Origin: Ignavibacteriota bacterium
GTDB lineage: Bacteria > Bacteroidota > Ignavibacteria > UBA10030
Direction of reading: 5' to 3'
DNA: 64,000 nucleotides
Assembly (NCBI GenBank): GCA_022616555.1
Contig: JAKEEG010000091.1
Coordinates: 1,016-65,015, forward strand
A program made the translations under genes and the position numbers. The notes below the pieces were generated by a model. It was not told where the DNA came from. It made no database searches and saw nothing but the letters and a program-made list of their open reading frames with translations. Shown piece by piece: positions 10,201 to 20,953 of the stretch (its first letter is position 1; each line of letters begins with the position of its first letter).

Positions 10201-11634
10201 TTAGTTTTTTACGGCACCGGCGGCTTTGCCGTTTGTCGCGGGTGAGAAAGCGGCAATGGTTGCCCAGGAAAGCGCGATGAGCAGCACGGGCTCGCGCGTA
10301 TAAAATTGAGGCGAAGTAATAGACACTTGAAGCATACAAATAAGTGTAGCTGTGGCTGCAAGCACCCAGGGTCTATCTTGATCCTCGATCGAACCCCGTA
10401 TATTCCTTACTCCTTGAATAATTTTTCCGCCGTACGCAACCATAAACGTGAGTAGTCCCAAGACTCCCAATTTAAACCATAAGAATAGATACGCATTGTG
10501 AATGTATTCACCGTTAACCGAAAAGCCATGCAAGATACTACGATAAGTATATGATGCACCTAGCCCATATCCTATCAAGGGGTTGAGGCTAATCAGTTCA
10601 ATCACTTTTTCCGACTCGACGAGGCGGTTAGCGAACGATATATCTTGCACGGCAGTTGCAACCGAGGAGAGACGGCTTGCTATAGTAGTGAATAACGCTG
10701 TAAACACATCTGAAAAACCTATCATGAGAACAAGGAGTAAAGTTACAACAACCAAGAGCATTACCCCCATCAATCGCTTACGCTCAGTGTTATTTGCTAA
10801 CCACAAAAGCGCGACAATCCCAAACGCCGCGCCAAGCCAGTATCCGCGCGAGAATGTCATAATCAGTGCAACGGAAAAAAGCGACACGCAGATAAGCGCA
10901 ACAAGACGAGCCCTCGGCTGCGTATACACCATCCACAGGGCAGCGCCCACCAATATCATGACCATAAAAAGAGGTTCATTCATCGCCTGCCTGCCGCCTA
11001 GCACCTCCCATGCGTATTCGGCAACAGACAAACGAGTTCTGTACTGCCAGATATTACGGGCGGCACTAAACAGGGCGAGGGTTATCACCGTACCAAGGAT
11101 AACTTTCTTCCCGCGTTCGGTTTGCATCACTTCACGCGCCGGAAAGTAGAACAACAGTCCTAGAAAAACGAGATACTCGCGAAACCACAGAGACAGACTG
11201 TTCGAATATAGCACGGCAGGCACAATGGACAACAAACCAATAACAAAAAAGAAAATAAGCCAAGAATCGCCGGAAGAAGTAGCAAGTCGTTCTTTTTTGA
11301 TGAACACTTTCTCAAACAACCAATAGAGCAGTATCCCGTAAAACAATACACCGAACGCAAGCTCCGAGGCTGTTATTTCCTCCGTTTTTTGCATAAACAG
11401 CACTACGTGACCAAGAATACTCACAGGCATCCAGACATAAATATTCTTTACGCACACATAGAAGACCAGTACTCCGATGCAGAGAAAGGGAAAATAGACA
11501 ATGATGTCAAAGTAGGTGAGGGCAAAAAACAGGAGCATCTGTCCCACGATGAGAAGAACGGTAAGCGGGGAAAGAGTGTTCAGGCCCGTTGACCCGAAGG
11601 GACTTCGGATGGGAGGATAAAAGACGTTCATCAT
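10201..11634 (-). CDS. O-antigen ligase / Wzy polymerase family membrane protein
   Basis: About 11-12 TM segments, TFSRGYW, PLIGYGLG, HNAYL motif. Confidence 0.85.
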   Translation of the reverse strand: MMNVFYPPIRSPFGSTGLNTLSPLTVLLIVGQMLLFFALTYFDIIVYFPFLCIGVLVFYVCVKNIYVWMPVSILGHVVLFMQKTEEITASELAFGVLFYGILLYWLFEKVFIKKERLATSSGDSWLIFFFVIGLLSIVPAVLYSNSLSLWFREYLVFLGLLFYFPAREVMQTERGKKVILGTVITLALFSAARNIWQYRTRLSVAEYAWEVLGGRQAMNEPLFMVMILVGAALWMVYTQPRARLVALICVSLFSVALIMTFSRGYWLGAAFGIVALLWLANNTERKRLMGVMLLVVVTLLLVLMIGFSDVFTALFTTIASRLSSVATAVQDISFANRLVESEKVIELISLNPLIGYGLGASYTYRSILHGFSVNGEYIHNAYLFLWFKLGVLGLLTFMVAYGGKIIQGVRNIRGSIEDQDRPWVLAATATLICMLQVSITSPQFYTREPVLLIALSWATIAAFSPATNGKAAGAVKN

Positions 11635-12809
11635 CTATTATTCCGGAACCGAAAGAGTGCCCTCAGCAGCTCGTACCGCTCGGGGGATTGGATCTGTATG
11701 TACTTCATCCTCTCCCATATGGCATACGAAAGCACCGTCAAAATAAGCGATGATAAACCTGCCACGGCAGCAATCGTCGAACGTCTCGGCTTCGCTTTCT
11801 TCTCCGCGGGTACTGCGGCATCGAGCACTGCCACAGAAGGCGTCTCGCGCCGCTCCTCCAGGCGGGCTTGTTCTAACAGTGGAATAAGCACTTCAAGAAT
11901 TTTCGTTTGAATGGTGATCGCGCGGAATAAACGCAGATGTTCCAAACCAAGGTCGGGTATTTCCGCAACTCGCTGGCTCAGCAGATTGAGTTCCAATTGC
12001 TTTTGCTTCAGGGTCGAGTTCTCCTTACCCACCGTTTGGCGGAGAAATTCTACCTCAAGTTCGAGGAGTGTTTTTTGGGCGTACAGGTCTGCGACAGATT
12101 TAATTCCGCTTTGGACATTCTCAGGAATAATGACAAAATTCTCTTTCTTCTGAAAATCGCGAAATGTTTCTTCGTAAACTCTCAGTGAATCTTGAGTTCG
12201 AATGACACCGTTTTCGAGAAATTCCCGATATTTTCGAGCAGCCTGAAGTGACAGGTCGGTGCTGATATCATTAACAACCGTAAGGTAAAAATTTGCCATC
12301 TCAGCTGCACGCTGTGGGTCTTTATCGAATACCGTCACGGTGATATGCCCCTCTTCCGCGACATTGATTTCGACATTGGCATCCAACGCCTTCACCGCCG
12401 ATTCCATCGATTGATTTTCAATCTCATACACTTGCATTAAGCCGAAACGGCGTACAACCGCCTCTTTCGCGCTACGGCTTTCCAGAATGGAAAGGTAATT
12501 CCCCATCGCATTTCTCCCCCCGGCAAGGTTGCTCAACCCTCTAAGCGAGGGATTTTGTAATATCGATGATAGCGAGCCTATGCCGGCAGCCAGCCCTGTT
12601 TCACGCGGCGGCACAAAACTCGCCGTGCTTGCATACCAATTTGGCAGCAGCCAAGAACCACCGTAGGTGATGACCGCAACGAGGATTGGGATAACAATAA
12701 GCTGGCGCCTTGCCCGAACCAAAAATGCGACAAACCAAAAAAAACTCCCCAGTGGTTGCAAGTCTGCGGTGGGTACAGCGATTCGCCCTTTTGTTCGTGT
12801 CTCAGCCAT
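11631..12809 (-). CDS. Polysaccharide chain-length determinant (Wzz / Wzc N-terminal, GNVR-type)
   Basis: Two TM helices flanking a coiled-coil periplasmic region; VLDAAVPAEKKAKPRR; no kinase domain. Confidence 0.85.
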   Translation of the reverse strand: MAETRTKGRIAVPTADLQPLGSFFWFVAFLVRARRQLIVIPILVAVITYGGSWLLPNWYASTASFVPPRETGLAAGIGSLSSILQNPSLRGLSNLAGGRNAMGNYLSILESRSAKEAVVRRFGLMQVYEIENQSMESAVKALDANVEINVAEEGHITVTVFDKDPQRAAEMANFYLTVVNDISTDLSLQAARKYREFLENGVIRTQDSLRVYEETFRDFQKKENFVIIPENVQSGIKSVADLYAQKTLLELEVEFLRQTVGKENSTLKQKQLELNLLSQRVAEIPDLGLEHLRLFRAITIQTKILEVLIPLLEQARLEERRETPSVAVLDAAVPAEKKAKPRRSTIAAVAGLSSLILTVLSYAIWERMKYIQIQSPERYELLRALFRFRNNR

Positions 12810-12833
12810 TCGTGTATACTCCGTTTATATTCA

Positions 12834-14555
12834 CTATTCCGTCAATTGTAAAATAATCAGCGTCATGCTCAGTACGACGCTGATGATGCTTGCCGCCTGG
12901 CTAATCATATTCAGATAATAACCGGTAGGATATTTAATGTCCTTCGGAACCCAGACATAATCTCCCGGTTCAATAACCGTATCAGACGGATGCAACCATT
13001 CTCGCGTCTTTGCTTTAATTACTCTTGCACTACCCGCGTCAGCTTCTTCCCCGTAGCCTCCTGCCCGCTGAATGTAGTACCGGAGGTCTGCCCCCGCTTG
13101 ATGCGGCACGAACCCGGGCCTGCCGACCTGCCCATAAACATACACAGAAAGACTGGTATTCGGGATAAATACCACATCTCCATCTTTAAGGATTATATCC
13201 TGCGTCGAATCTTGCCTTTCAAACAAGCTGACAAAATCAACCGAGACGTTCCCCCGCTGGATGCTCGCCTCAAGCTCATAATAAGCTCGTTCTTCAGGAG
13301 TCACAATCAGGTCGTTCATCCTCAGATTTAGCTGTGCCTCCAGCGGAACAGAAATATACCGTTCTTCCGGACTACCTCTTCGGCGAAACACTTCCGCGCC
13401 TGGTAAATACGCAAAATTAGTAAATCCCCCTGCCCTCTGTATCAGTTCGCTCAATCTCGTGTTATCCGAAGTAATAGGATACATGCCAGGATACTTAACT
13501 TCACCACGCACATGGGCTTTGAAATCTCCACGACGATTTGCTTTCTCGCGAACAACAATGCGATCCCCGAGCTGCAGCGGGATATCAGGAACTACGCCAT
13601 CGACAATTTTTTGCACGTCAATGACTTCAGAGACAGCACTCGTGCCGTCGAGAGATAAGCGCGTAAGCTCTACGTTCGTGAGGTCGGCATTCGGGCTAAA
13701 ACCTTGCGCGATGCGAATCATTGCTAAGAGACTGTCATACCCGCGATATTCATACAGTCGGGCATTATTCACGGCGCCGAACACGCTGATGGAATTTCCA
13801 CTACCTTCCCTACGCGGGACAATAATGATATCTCCCTCGTGCAGAAAAGGGTTTAACTCATTCTCGCGTGTTGCAAAGAATTTGTCTAAGTCAACCAGTT
13901 TGTCTTTCGATTGCCCATTGCGGCGCAAAACAATATAGCGACGCGAAAAATCCGGCTCAGGAATCGGCCTACCCGCTGCGGCTGCTTGTCCGACTACTGT
14001 GGCATCTTGTGTTGTGAGCAAATTTGCAAGAGTAATCGCTTTGTCCACACGATAAGCAGACGAAACAAGATACGGACCGGGATTGCGAACATTGCCAAGC
14101 ACAGTTACAACAATCTCTCGCGCTGCAAGAAGAGTAATGGTCGGCTCCGAAACCGTCACTTGTCGCTTGATGGCTTTGCTCAGTTCTTCTTTCACCCTTT
14201 GCAGTGTCTTCCCTCCAACGTGAAACTCTCCTATCTCAGGCACTAGCAACGTGCCCTCGGGTGAAACGAGCAAGGGAAAGCTGAGCTTTGTACCGCCCCA
14301 TATCCCAACGTTGATCCAATCATTCGGGCCTACGATATACATTGCGGGGTCAATTGTATCCTCCATAGGTACAATCGGCAGACGTGTACCGGACTGCGTT
14401 TGAGGATCAAGCAATTTTTCTAATGTTCCGCCCGGGGTCGTTCGCGTGCGATCAGTTTCGCGCTGCGTCCCGATTTGCGCGTGTGACAACGCAACGATGC
14501 TGCACATCCATAATATTACTCCAACCACACGAAGAGAGGTGAAGGTCAGTTTCAT
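12834..14555 (-). CDS. Polysaccharide export protein with multiple SLBB domains (Wza/KpsD-like)
   Basis: Signal peptide; YIVGPND..VSPEG Poly_export domain; repeated VxGxVxxPG SLBB motifs. Confidence 0.88.
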   Translation of the reverse strand: MKLTFTSLRVVGVILWMCSIVALSHAQIGTQRETDRTRTTPGGTLEKLLDPQTQSGTRLPIVPMEDTIDPAMYIVGPNDWINVGIWGGTKLSFPLLVSPEGTLLVPEIGEFHVGGKTLQRVKEELSKAIKRQVTVSEPTITLLAAREIVVTVLGNVRNPGPYLVSSAYRVDKAITLANLLTTQDATVVGQAAAAGRPIPEPDFSRRYIVLRRNGQSKDKLVDLDKFFATRENELNPFLHEGDIIIVPRREGSGNSISVFGAVNNARLYEYRGYDSLLAMIRIAQGFSPNADLTNVELTRLSLDGTSAVSEVIDVQKIVDGVVPDIPLQLGDRIVVREKANRRGDFKAHVRGEVKYPGMYPITSDNTRLSELIQRAGGFTNFAYLPGAEVFRRRGSPEERYISVPLEAQLNLRMNDLIVTPEERAYYELEASIQRGNVSVDFVSLFERQDSTQDIILKDGDVVFIPNTSLSVYVYGQVGRPGFVPHQAGADLRYYIQRAGGYGEEADAGSARVIKAKTREWLHPSDTVIEPGDYVWVPKDIKYPTGYYLNMISQAASIISVVLSMTLIILQLTE

Positions 14556-15664
14556 TTGGTCTCACTACTTAGTTGTTGAACAAGAATCTTCGCTATACGT
14601 TCAGCCGTTTTTCCGTCCCAGAGTTCCGGTATTGAACCTTTTTTTACTTTCCCACTCAAGACATCCAGGCTTGTTTGCACAACAAGGTCTGTATCAAGTC
14701 CGCAAAGAATATTGGTGCCTGTGTCGACGGTAATCGGGCGCTCGGTGTTTTCACGCATCGTGAGGCAAGGAATACCGAAGAATGTCGTTTCCTCTTGTAT
14801 GCCGCCGGAATCGGTCAACACCAGTTTCGCCCGCTCCATCAGGTGAAGAAAATCCAGATATCCGAGCGGTTCGAGTAATTTCAAATTTTTGATAGCTTCA
14901 ATCCGTTGTTCCAAATTGTAACGACTGAGCATCTTTTTTGTCCGTGGGTGCATCGGGAAAACAATTGTCGTCCGCGCTGCCAAACGTTCAAAAACGCTCA
15001 GAATGCTTTCAAGGCCTTCTTTCGTATCAACGTTGCTCGGGCGGTGAAGCGTCACAAGAATAAAGCTGCCGGGAGTCAGCTCAAGATCCTTCATGATTGT
15101 TGACCGTCCCGCTTTCTCTCGATGACTCACGAGCGAATCGATCATAATATTCCCTGCGAAAAAAATCTTTTTCTCGTCAACCCCCTCACGCTTTAAATTA
15201 ACGACCCCGCTCGGTTCGCTTACGAACAAATAATCGGCGATAGAATCTGTGAGTAAACGATTAATTTCTTCCGGCATTGTGCGGTCAAAACTGCGCAATC
15301 CCGCTTCCACATGTGCGACCGGGACGTTCATTTTCGCACTCACCAAGCTGCACGCTATAGTGGAGTTCACATCACCTACCACAACGACCAGATGGGGCCG
15401 CTGCAATTCCATCACTTTTTCAAATTCTGTCATCACTTTCGCCGTCTGTTGCGCATGCGAACCGGAGCCCACCCCCAGATAAAAATCCGGTTTGGGCAAC
15501 TCCAATTCGTCAAAGAATACTTTCGACATCGCCGGGTCATAATGCTGACCCGTATGGACAATGAGATGCCGGAACGCAGTCGGATATTGCTGCAGCGCTT
15601 TGTGCAGTGGAGCGACCTTCATAAAGTTGGGCCGCGCGCCTACCACGCTGATAATTGTTTTCAC
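14552..15664 (-). CDS. wecB: UDP-N-acetylglucosamine 2-epimerase (non-hydrolysing)
   Basis: VVGARPNFMK, HTGQHYD, HVEAGLRS, TDSGGIQEE. Confidence 0.95.
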   Translation of the reverse strand: MKTIISVVGARPNFMKVAPLHKALQQYPTAFRHLIVHTGQHYDPAMSKVFFDELELPKPDFYLGVGSGSHAQQTAKVMTEFEKVMELQRPHLVVVVGDVNSTIACSLVSAKMNVPVAHVEAGLRSFDRTMPEEINRLLTDSIADYLFVSEPSGVVNLKREGVDEKKIFFAGNIMIDSLVSHREKAGRSTIMKDLELTPGSFILVTLHRPSNVDTKEGLESILSVFERLAARTTIVFPMHPRTKKMLSRYNLEQRIEAIKNLKLLEPLGYLDFLHLMERAKLVLTDSGGIQEETTFFGIPCLTMRENTERPITVDTGTNILCGLDTDLVVQTSLDVLSGKVKKGSIPELWDGKTAERIAKILVQQLSSETK

Positions 15665-15723
15665 AAGTTGATGTGCTTTGCTAATAGCCGGTTCGCTTCT
15701 TTCCGAAAAAGGATTCTCTGAGC

Positions 15724-16734
15724 TTAACGCTCTTCGTACATCTTTTTATAATACTCTTGGTACTCGCCGCTGATGATACGCTTCCACCAACCACTGTTGG
15801 AAACATACCACTTGACCGTTTCTTCAAGCCCATGCTCAAAAACACGACGGGGTTTCCAGCCGAGGTCGCGCTGGATTTTCGATGAATCAATTGCATACCG
15901 CCTATCATGCCCTAGCCGGTCTCTGACAAAAGAAATCAATGACTCCGGTTTCCCAAGGTAACGCAATACAAGTTTTACGACGTCAATGTTCGCTCGCTCG
16001 CTATTTCCCCCGACATTATAAAGCTCACCTTCTTTTCCGCGTTGCGCAACCGTGTCAATAGCTTCACAGTGGTCTTCCACATGTATCCAATCCCGTACAT
16101 TCAGCCCGTCACCGTACACAGGGAGTTTTTTATCCTGCATGGCGTTGGCAATCATGAGTGGGATTAACTTTTCCGGGAATTGAAAAGGACCATAGTTGTT
16201 CGAGCAACGGGTCACGACAACAGGTATGCCAAACGTGTGGTGATAAGACAAGGCGAGGAAATCCGCCGCAGCTTTGCTAGCGGAATACGGGCTATTGGGA
16301 TGAATCGGGGTATTCTCCGTAAATTTTCCTGTTGCCCCAAGCGAGCCGTACACTTCGTCCGTCGACACTTGAACAAATTTTTTCAACGAAAACTCTTTCG
16401 CTAGTTCCAGTAAAACGTTCGTACCGACAATGTTGGTACGCGCAAACTCCGATGAGCCGACGATGCTACGGTCAACATGCGATTCCGCCGCGCAATTGAT
16501 GACAACATCAAACCTATATTCTTGAAAAACGGATTTTATCAATCCACCGTCCGCGATGTCCCCTCGGACAAAACGGTAATTCGGCAGCTGCTCGCAGTCT
16601 TCAAGATTCTCTAAATTACCAGCATATGTAAGCTTATCGACATTAACAATAAGGTTGTCCGGGTGTTTCTGCAACATCCAGCGCACCAAATTGCTTCCGA
16701 TAAACCCCGCGCCGCCTGTGATGAGAATGTTCAT
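15724..16734 (-). CDS. rfbB: dTDP-glucose 4,6-dehydratase
   Basis: TGGAGFIGSN, DKLTYAGN, AAESHVDRS, STDEVYG, YSASK, GHDRRY. Confidence 0.96.
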   Translation of the reverse strand: MNILITGGAGFIGSNLVRWMLQKHPDNLIVNVDKLTYAGNLENLEDCEQLPNYRFVRGDIADGGLIKSVFQEYRFDVVINCAAESHVDRSIVGSSEFARTNIVGTNVLLELAKEFSLKKFVQVSTDEVYGSLGATGKFTENTPIHPNSPYSASKAAADFLALSYHHTFGIPVVVTRCSNNYGPFQFPEKLIPLMIANAMQDKKLPVYGDGLNVRDWIHVEDHCEAIDTVAQRGKEGELYNVGGNSERANIDVVKLVLRYLGKPESLISFVRDRLGHDRRYAIDSSKIQRDLGWKPRRVFEHGLEETVKWYVSNSGWWKRIISGEYQEYYKKMYEER

Positions 16735-16737
16735 TCA

Positions 16738-17214
16738 TTAATCCAGCGTATACAATGTGTTGGCATCGCTTTCATGTCGAATTTCATCCACCGGGTCCTT
16801 TCTTCCTTCACCCGCGTAAAGCCGATTGGGAAGGTTGATAACCCAACCACCTCTTGATCCGATATTTTTGTACGCATGGACAACCCCAGGCGGAATAATT
16901 ACCGAGCGGGGTGATGTCTCCCCGGCGTCAAGAGTCATTTTACATCCGTATGTTTTTGAACCTTTGCGTGCGTCCCAAAGATACACGCGAAACGTCGAGG
17001 GGCCGAGAAAACAAAACAGGTCGGCTTGGTCGACATGTTCATGCGGGCCGCGGGCAACGCCCGGTAAAGTTTCCGAAATGTATGACATCGCCGGTACATA
17101 CTCGCTCGTAATCTCGTCTTTCCGAAAAAGTTCTACCAGCCATCCTCTGGCATCCGTGTACCGATTGAGGTCTTTCACCACTACGCCGTCTATAGGACCG
17201 ATAGTAAAATGCAA
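16738..17214 (-). CDS. rfbC: dTDP-4-dehydrorhamnose 3,5-epimerase family
   Basis: DARGWLVELFR, PGVARGPHEH, IPPGVVHAY. Start reassigned to TTG 17214, after the SD-like GGGAGGGAG. Confidence 0.85.
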   Translation of the reverse strand: MHFTIGPIDGVVVKDLNRYTDARGWLVELFRKDEITSEYVPAMSYISETLPGVARGPHEHVDQADLFCFLGPSTFRVYLWDARKGSKTYGCKMTLDAGETSPRSVIIPPGVVHAYKNIGSRGGWVINLPNRLYAGEGRKDPVDEIRHESDANTLYTLD

Positions 17215-17442
17215 TTCTCCCTCCCGTAAATAAGAAAAGTACGAAAGAATGAGGCAAAAACAAACGCACAGGCTCAAAAAAAGCCTTGCTTCGGCACAGT
17301 TATTTAAAAAATTGAATTGTGTTGCTTTTAGAACGGTAACGACAGAATGCAAGCCCTAACAGGACAAGCAGTCTTAGCAGGTGCTGTATAGCAGTAGCAA
17401 TAGAGAGGAGTAATACCTCGATGTTGTTGATGAATGCGCTTT

Positions 17443-17472
17443 CAAACTAAGTAAAAAAATACCAAGAGTCAA
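17443..17472 (-). promoter_or_regulatory. Putative sigma70-type promoter of the polysaccharide operon
   Basis: Minus strand TTGACT-N17-TAGTTT, about 230 bp upstream of rfbC. Confidence 0.45.
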
Positions 17473-17501
17473 TCCGTATTGCATACTGCCTACAAGGGAT
17501 T

Positions 17502-19154
17502 TCACATCCGTTCAGGCGCAGAAATGCCCAAAATTGCAAAACCGTTTGAGAGTACTGTTTTCGTCGCCAGACAAAGCCCTAAACGCGCTTGAGAAAGTGC
17601 CTTGTCATCGATCACGACGCGATGGTCGTGATAGAAACGATGGAATGCCGCCGCAACATCATTCAAATAGTTCGGCAGATGATGTGGTTCGAAGTTCGAA
17701 TGGATCCGCTCGATAGTGTCGGGAAACTCAAGCAGTATTTTGGCAAGGTCGATTTCCGCTTGTTCGCGAAGAAGCTCAAATTTTATCGATGCAAAGCCCT
17801 CCAACTTTGGTCCACTCCCTTCACCTTCCGCAAAACGCAGGATGCTCGCAATACGCGCATGAGCGTATTGCAAGTAATACACAGGATTGTTCTCCGACTG
17901 CTCTTTTGCCAGGTTTAGGTCGAATTCCAAATGGCTGGAGATTGACCGCATGATAAAGAAAAACCTTACAGCATCAGAGCCAACTTCATCGATCAGCTCA
18001 TCTAGCGTCACAAAATTCGCGGCGCGCTTGGACATCTTTACTTGTTGGCCATCTTTTAACAACGTGACAAATTGGTGAATGACCACCTTCACCTTTTCGG
18101 AATCGTATCCCAGCGCCTTGACGCCTGCGAGCACATCGGGGATCGTGGCGATATGGTCGGCCCCGAATATATCAACAATGACATCGAAACCTCTCCGGAA
18201 CTTCTCGCGGTGGTAGGCAATATCGGGAAGGCGATACGTCGGCTCACCGGTACTCTTGACAATCACACGATCCTTCTCCGCCCCAAACGTAGTCGCCTTA
18301 AACCATACGGCCCCGTCCTGATCGTACGCCAGACCTTTCGTGCGAAGCTCCTGTATCACTTCCTGAATCTTCCCGCTTGAATACAACGAATCCTCATTAT
18401 AGAAGACATCGAACTTTACGCCCATGCGAGCGAGCACTTTTTTGATCTCCTCAAACAAGAACTGCTCGGCAAAACTCTTGCAAAATTCCAGAGCCTGTTC
18501 TTTGTCCTGCTTGCGAAGAGCACCGCCTTTTTGTGTACGGAGCGATTCGGCTATGTCGCGGATATAATCTCCCTGATAACCGTCTTCGGGAAAGGGGTGT
18601 GAGTCGTCAAAGAGCTGGATGTACCGCGCATAGGTGGATTCCGCCAGCATGCGCATTTGCCTGCCGGCGTTATTGTAGTAGTACTCTCGGGTAACCGCAT
18701 ATCCCATCCATTGCAGGAGATTCGCAAGCGTATCCCCGACTGCCGCTTGCCTGCCATGGCCGACGCTCAACGGTCCTGTAGGGTTCGCACTCACAAATTC
18801 TACTTGTATTTTTTTGCCTGCTCCCAGTGTGGATTTCCCGAAAGCCGCGCCTTGCGCAAGCAGCGTCCCAAGTTGACGAGTAACAAAGCTTCCCGTAAAC
18901 GTGAAATTGATAAAGCCCGGACCGGCGATTTCCACTTTTGAAACATTCTCCGGCTCCAACTTGAGCGCGCCGACAATTTCCTGCGCTACCGCTCGCGGAT
19001 TTTTCTTTAACGATTTCGCAAGCAACATCGCAACATTGGTTGTTAAATCGCCGTGCGCCTGAAGCTTTGGCTTTTCAAACACCAAAGTCATTCCGTCACG
19101 ATAGCCCAGTGTTGCAAGAGCAGCGGAGACTTTTTCTGTTAGGAATTTTTTCAT
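17502..19154 (-). CDS. argS: Arginine--tRNA ligase
   Basis: EFVSANPTGPLSVGHGR (HIGH-like), GADH, KMSKR, NPVYYLQYAHAR. Confidence 0.97.
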   Translation of the reverse strand: MKKFLTEKVSAALATLGYRDGMTLVFEKPKLQAHGDLTTNVAMLLAKSLKKNPRAVAQEIVGALKLEPENVSKVEIAGPGFINFTFTGSFVTRQLGTLLAQGAAFGKSTLGAGKKIQVEFVSANPTGPLSVGHGRQAAVGDTLANLLQWMGYAVTREYYYNNAGRQMRMLAESTYARYIQLFDDSHPFPEDGYQGDYIRDIAESLRTQKGGALRKQDKEQALEFCKSFAEQFLFEEIKKVLARMGVKFDVFYNEDSLYSSGKIQEVIQELRTKGLAYDQDGAVWFKATTFGAEKDRVIVKSTGEPTYRLPDIAYHREKFRRGFDVIVDIFGADHIATIPDVLAGVKALGYDSEKVKVVIHQFVTLLKDGQQVKMSKRAANFVTLDELIDEVGSDAVRFFFIMRSISSHLEFDLNLAKEQSENNPVYYLQYAHARIASILRFAEGEGSGPKLEGFASIKFELLREQAEIDLAKILLEFPDTIERIHSNFEPHHLPNYLNDVAAAFHRFYHDHRVVIDDKALSQARLGLCLATKTVLSNGFAILGISAPERM

Positions 19155-19256
19155 TAATTGTTTTTGTCATTGCGAGGCGCCTTTTGCCGAAGCAATCTAA
19201 CCACTGAAGTAAAACGGGATTGCTTCGCTGAAAAAACGCTCGCAATGGCGATTTTT

Positions 19257-19688
19257 TTACCCAGCCAACTTCGAAACGCGCTTTCCCTTTGTTTGTCGTT
19301 TTTGCTTTCTTGGTGTCGTTTTGTGGACTTTAACTCCGGTGGGAGAATCATCGACCGTCTGCATCGATGCGTCGCTCCAAAGTCTCTCAAGATTGTAGAA
19401 CGACCGGGCATCCTTGTGAAATACGTGAGCCACGACATCCACAAAATCCAGCAACACCCATTGCAATGATTGGAAGCCCTCCGAATGCCAAACGGAACTC
19501 CCCTGCTCCTCCAAGCCATCTCGTATGGCATCAGCGATAGCCTTCACCTGTGTGTCGGAATCCGCTGAGCAGACGACGAAAAAATCCGCTGGCGCTTGCA
19601 GTTTCCGCAAGTCCATTACCACGACATCCTTCGCTTTCTTCTCTAGAGCTTGTTCCGCAATTTTGCGCGCTAATGTTCGTGCTATCAA
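19257..19688 (-). CDS. rsfS: Ribosome silencing factor with a basic C-terminal tail
   Basis: EKKAKDVVVMDLR, DFFVVCS, WVLLDFVDVVAHVF, FYNLERLW. Confidence 0.93.
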   Translation of the reverse strand: MIARTLARKIAEQALEKKAKDVVVMDLRKLQAPADFFVVCSADSDTQVKAIADAIRDGLEEQGSSVWHSEGFQSLQWVLLDFVDVVAHVFHKDARSFYNLERLWSDASMQTVDDSPTGVKVHKTTPRKQKRQTKGKRVSKLAG

Positions 19689-19700
19689 GAGCGTACTCCT

Positions 19701-20189
19701 CTATTGTTGAAACGCCTTCAACCGTTGAAAATCCTTACCGATAATGACTGAAGCATCGAGATACAAAGATTTGTCCAGCTCCTGGTGAACCTGTTCCACC
19801 GGGATCCCGAGAGTTGCGGCTACCTGCCGGGCGGCTTCCATATTGCCAACCCTGTCGAGCACGAGGGTTTGCTCCACATCGGATGATTTGTAGTTGCCCA
19901 TCTCCACCACGTCGAAACCGCGTGCGCGGAGAAAATCCGTCATGCGCTGGGCAAGCTTCGATTCTCCCGACCCATTCAAGACATCAAGCTGGATGGCTCT
20001 GGTTCGCCCCTCTGTCTTTATTTCCGGTTCTGCAGGCGCGCTGAAAAACATGCTTTGGAAAACAGCATACAATAACATAACAACCGGGGCAAGAATTGCG
20101 AGCGGAAGAAAACGTTTCCAGACCGGGCGAGAGGCTCGCGGCTTTGAATGTTGCGGAGTCGAAGATGTTCCCTGGGGCGCTTCTTTCAT
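19701..20189 (-). CDS. LytR C-terminal domain-containing membrane protein
   Basis: One TM helix, then VLNGSG..LA..LRARGFDVV..GN and VIIGKD; start taken at MKEAPQ. Confidence 0.82.
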   Translation of the reverse strand: MKEAPQGTSSTPQHSKPRASRPVWKRFLPLAILAPVVMLLYAVFQSMFFSAPAEPEIKTEGRTRAIQLDVLNGSGESKLAQRMTDFLRARGFDVVEMGNYKSSDVEQTLVLDRVGNMEAARQVAATLGIPVEQVHQELDKSLYLDASVIIGKDFQRLKAFQQ

Positions 20190-20257
20190 ACTACCTTGCA
20201 TACCGCACGGCAAACAACCGCGCGAACCTGCAAAACGGCGTCGTGTGTTCTACTGTG

Positions 20258-20308
20258 ATAAAAAAATTACCGAGCAGACACGCCTGAACACAAGCGGCTG
20301 CTCGGTAA
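20258..20308 (-). terminator. Intrinsic terminator after the 20336-20827 gene
   Basis: TTACCGAGCAG / CTGCTCGGTAA inverted repeat (20267-20277, 20298-20308) followed by a T-run on the minus strand. Confidence 0.7.
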
Positions 20309-20335
20309 AGAAAAACTCGCTGCGTGACAAAGGTG

Positions 20336-20827
20336 TTAGTAGAGATCTCCGTATCGGTCGATTCCGTAATAGAAACTCGGGTTGCGGTTTCCGCTGAGCC
20401 AGTACATTGCCGGCACTTCTCGGTACTGAATCTGCAACCACATGTTGTCCGTCGGGCGGTAATTTAACTGCGCTCTTCCTAAAAATATCCTGCTGAAATC
20501 GTTCTTATTGCCGAATGAACTGTACGGCGAAGACATGACGTTGACGTCGGCTTGAAAATCGAGCTTATCTGAAAACTGATACATCAAACTATTGGTATAG
20601 ACTCCGAGCGAGAGACCCTCTCCGCCAAAACTCGAATACGACATGGTGAAACTATGCTTCATCGAAAACTTACTCGGGTCGAACAATCCCAACAAGTAGT
20701 CAGATGAGCCGGGCTTCATCATCGATTCACTTACCGGAGGAGGTGTTTCAATTTTGGACTTCAACTGCGCTACGGAAAGCGACCCCGCCAACAATAACGC
20801 TACGAATGTATAAATCACTGTTCTCAT
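20336..20827 (-). CDS. Hypothetical secreted protein (beta-strand rich, possibly a small outer-membrane protein)
   Basis: Sec signal peptide (LSVA/Q), SD GGAGG, alternating aromatic strands. Confidence 0.7.
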   Translation of the reverse strand: MRTVIYTFVALLLAGSLSVAQLKSKIETPPPVSESMMKPGSSDYLLGLFDPSKFSMKHSFTMSYSSFGGEGLSLGVYTNSLMYQFSDKLDFQADVNVMSSPYSSFGNKNDFSRIFLGRAQLNYRPTDNMWLQIQYREVPAMYWLSGNRNPSFYYGIDRYGDLY

Positions 20828-20953
20828 TCCTGAATCCTCCTCAGCAAATAATACACGTCGCTCGTATTATACGCCCTAGCACTACTACAGTACTATTACA
20901 CTAATATGGTACTTAAAACTCAAATGATTGTCAAGATATCGCCGGACGAAATC

